Positions 62,040-64,000 of a DNA stretch of 64,000 nt are shown here, one piece after another (position 1 is the stretch's first letter; each line of letters opens with the position of its first letter). The translations under genes and the position numbers were made by a program. The notes under the pieces are model-generated. The model did no database searches and was not told where the DNA came from. It was given only the letters and a program-made list of their open reading frames with translations. Source of the DNA: Azolla caroliniana (lineage: Eukaryota; Plantae; Polypodiophyta); the NCBI GenBank assembly GCA_043228905.1, contig JBHGNT010000005.1, forward strand, positions 22,382,001 to 22,446,000, given 5' to 3'.

Positions 62040-63454
62040 ATGTGGCCGATTCTCTTGTGCCACAACTCGATGTTTGTCTCAGTTTTGAGACCTTTGGCAT
62101 ACATGGCCGATTTCATCATGTTCGAATCGGGTCTTTACCATTCGGCTCTTGCCGGGTACTCGTCATCCGGTTCTCCGTAGACGAGTACTCCACATCCGGT
62201 TCTCCGTAGCCGGGTACTCCACATTCGGTTTCGGCCTCGGCTGAGTTTGCTCATTAGTACTGATCTTCTCACTTCCCATCCGGAGGGATCTGTTTCCTAA
62301 CATTCTCTTCGACCAATATCATTGATTGGAGGTCGAAGAACGAAGGAGGGTTTTCTCTCTCCAAGATTGCCGTCCATAATGGATCAAATCGTTGTGCGAG
62401 GCCGCCCAAGCATATACCATCTCGTCTTTATCGACATTTATGTTCATGGAGCCAAGCGAGTCGCAAATGCTCTTGATTTTGGTGGTGTAGTTTGGCACAA
62501 ACATATCTTTTTGCTGAATGTTGTTCAACTCTTGTCGGAGTTGAAGCTTTTGGGCGGTCATGTTGGCGTGAACATCTTCTTCAAGTTCCCCCATGCCTTT
62601 GTAGGCGTCTTGGCGTCTCGAATGTGGCTATGTGATCGTCAACACATGTTGCCAAGCAATACATAACTCGATTTGCCGCTTTCTCCCATGTTGCGTACTC
62701 GGCATTCTTCGAGTTAGGTCGATGTTCTTGTGTGCCGTTGATGTAGCTCCAATACCCTTGGCCGATGAGGTATTGGGTCATCTTGTACTCCCAAGATGAA
62801 TAATTGCTCTGGTCTAGCTTTTCACTAGGAAGCGAGCTACCCATTTGTGTGTTCATTTTGATGTAGTGTCTTCCTTTTTCGATTTCCTTCCTTGAATCAC
62901 CTACTTGTGCTACGTAGCGGCACTATGGCATCACATAACTAGAATTTGTCGTCAGCGTTTCGAACACACAAGTACGAAGAGTCGGGTGGACTTAGTGGAT
63001 GTGCTAAAGCACACACTCTGATACCATGTTAAAAATTAGGTAATTAAGCAAGGGTTAATTATTACCTAATTATGTGATTAAGTTAAGCAGAAGATTAAGT
63101 GATATGTGTGTGAGAGGAAGAGCGAGAGACAAGTACACTTATGAGCAACCCAAGATGGGGGATGATTAACTCTATATTACATTAACATCATCAAAATCCA
63201 AAAATACCCACAATGAGGTGTATATATACAACTCATGTGCAACGGTGCATATGTGTGAGTAGAATATAGGTACAAGGATGTAAGTCCTATATTCAATATA
63301 CTTGGTAGTGGAGGATCTTAAATGTATCCCCACTTACGTACAAGTACAAAATCCTATTTAAGGGTTTATAGTCAACAATCCTAACTAGATTCTATCTAGG
63401 TAACTACGAAGTTACATGGTTGACTAAATAACTAAACTAATTGATCTCTCAACA
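62040..63454 (-). mobile_element. Ty1/copia element D remnant (5' LTR, PBS, deleted gag/pre-integrase), target of the element C insertion
   Basis: gag MNTQMGSSLPSEKLDQSNYSSW (62581-62856). ELWHKRIGH coding at ~62041-62070. PBS 63016-63026. Putative LTR 63027-63454 (TGTT...CTCAACA). Confidence 0.8.
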
Positions 63455-64000
63455 GTTTCTATGTCACAATTGCAAATTCTTTCCAATTTTGTTTCATAGG
63501 GTCCATTTGCATCAAGCTTGTTGTTCTATATGTGTTGGAATGTATGATCGTCTAGCTGTAGAAAAGATTATGCAAATCCTGAGAACTAAAGGATATAAAT
63601 GTAAAGATGCAAAAGGGGTTTTTTTGGTAGTAGTAGAACTAGTGTTGTGCGAAAACATCATGGGCCAATGTTAGAATATGTGCATGTGTTTGTGAGGCTC
63701 ATTCATGAGTCATTTACGAAGTAAAGCAAATGAAGGTACATATAGGACAATGGAGGCATGATCTCCATCTCCTCCATCATCCTTGGATGTAAAAACCCCA
63801 TGTAATATGATATCCAAGAGAAGGAGAATGGTATGATCTGGCCATTTGCATAACTACTACATTGTGACGAGCAAACGATTGGTATTGCACCTAGGACAAT
63901 GATCCGAACCCAGCCTCAGGTCTGGGCGTGGAGCTGCAAGGATATGGACGAGAGGCTGCCCACCCGAAGTCATCTTGTTCGTGTTTATGTGGAGAGAGAA

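Overview
Eukaryotic land-plant nuclear DNA. The LTR families, long AG/CT microsatellites and gene set suggest a non-seed plant such as a fern or lycophyte, but this is inference. A gene island at ~6-39 kb holds a DUF247 pseudogene, a catalytically dead A1 aspartic-protease/xylanase-inhibitor-like gene, a 7-exon membrane-anchored RLK/Pelle kinase, a VQ-motif gene, an IQ67-domain (IQD) gene and a 6-exon rhomboid protease. Retroelement blocks flank it on both sides. On the left, a Ty1/copia element abuts a LINE ORF1 remnant. On the right (41.6-63.5 kb) there is a young 5'-truncated LINE with a 21-bp TSD, an RTE-like LINE remnant and a nested stack: copia D < copia C < (copia B inside C's LTR; a Ty3/gypsy element inside C's pol, with a third, diverged gypsy LTR inside its 3' LTR). 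The gypsy element is the most unusual object. It has a tRNA-Trp primer-binding site, a 4-bp ACGT target used twice, and conserved LTR stem-loops. It also has a candidate -1 ribosomal frameshift signal (slippery site, 5-nt spacer, H-type pseudoknot) placed between protease and RT rather than between gag and protease. No rRNA gene, tRNA gene or CRISPR array was found. All calls are from reading the sequence by eye; no database search was run.
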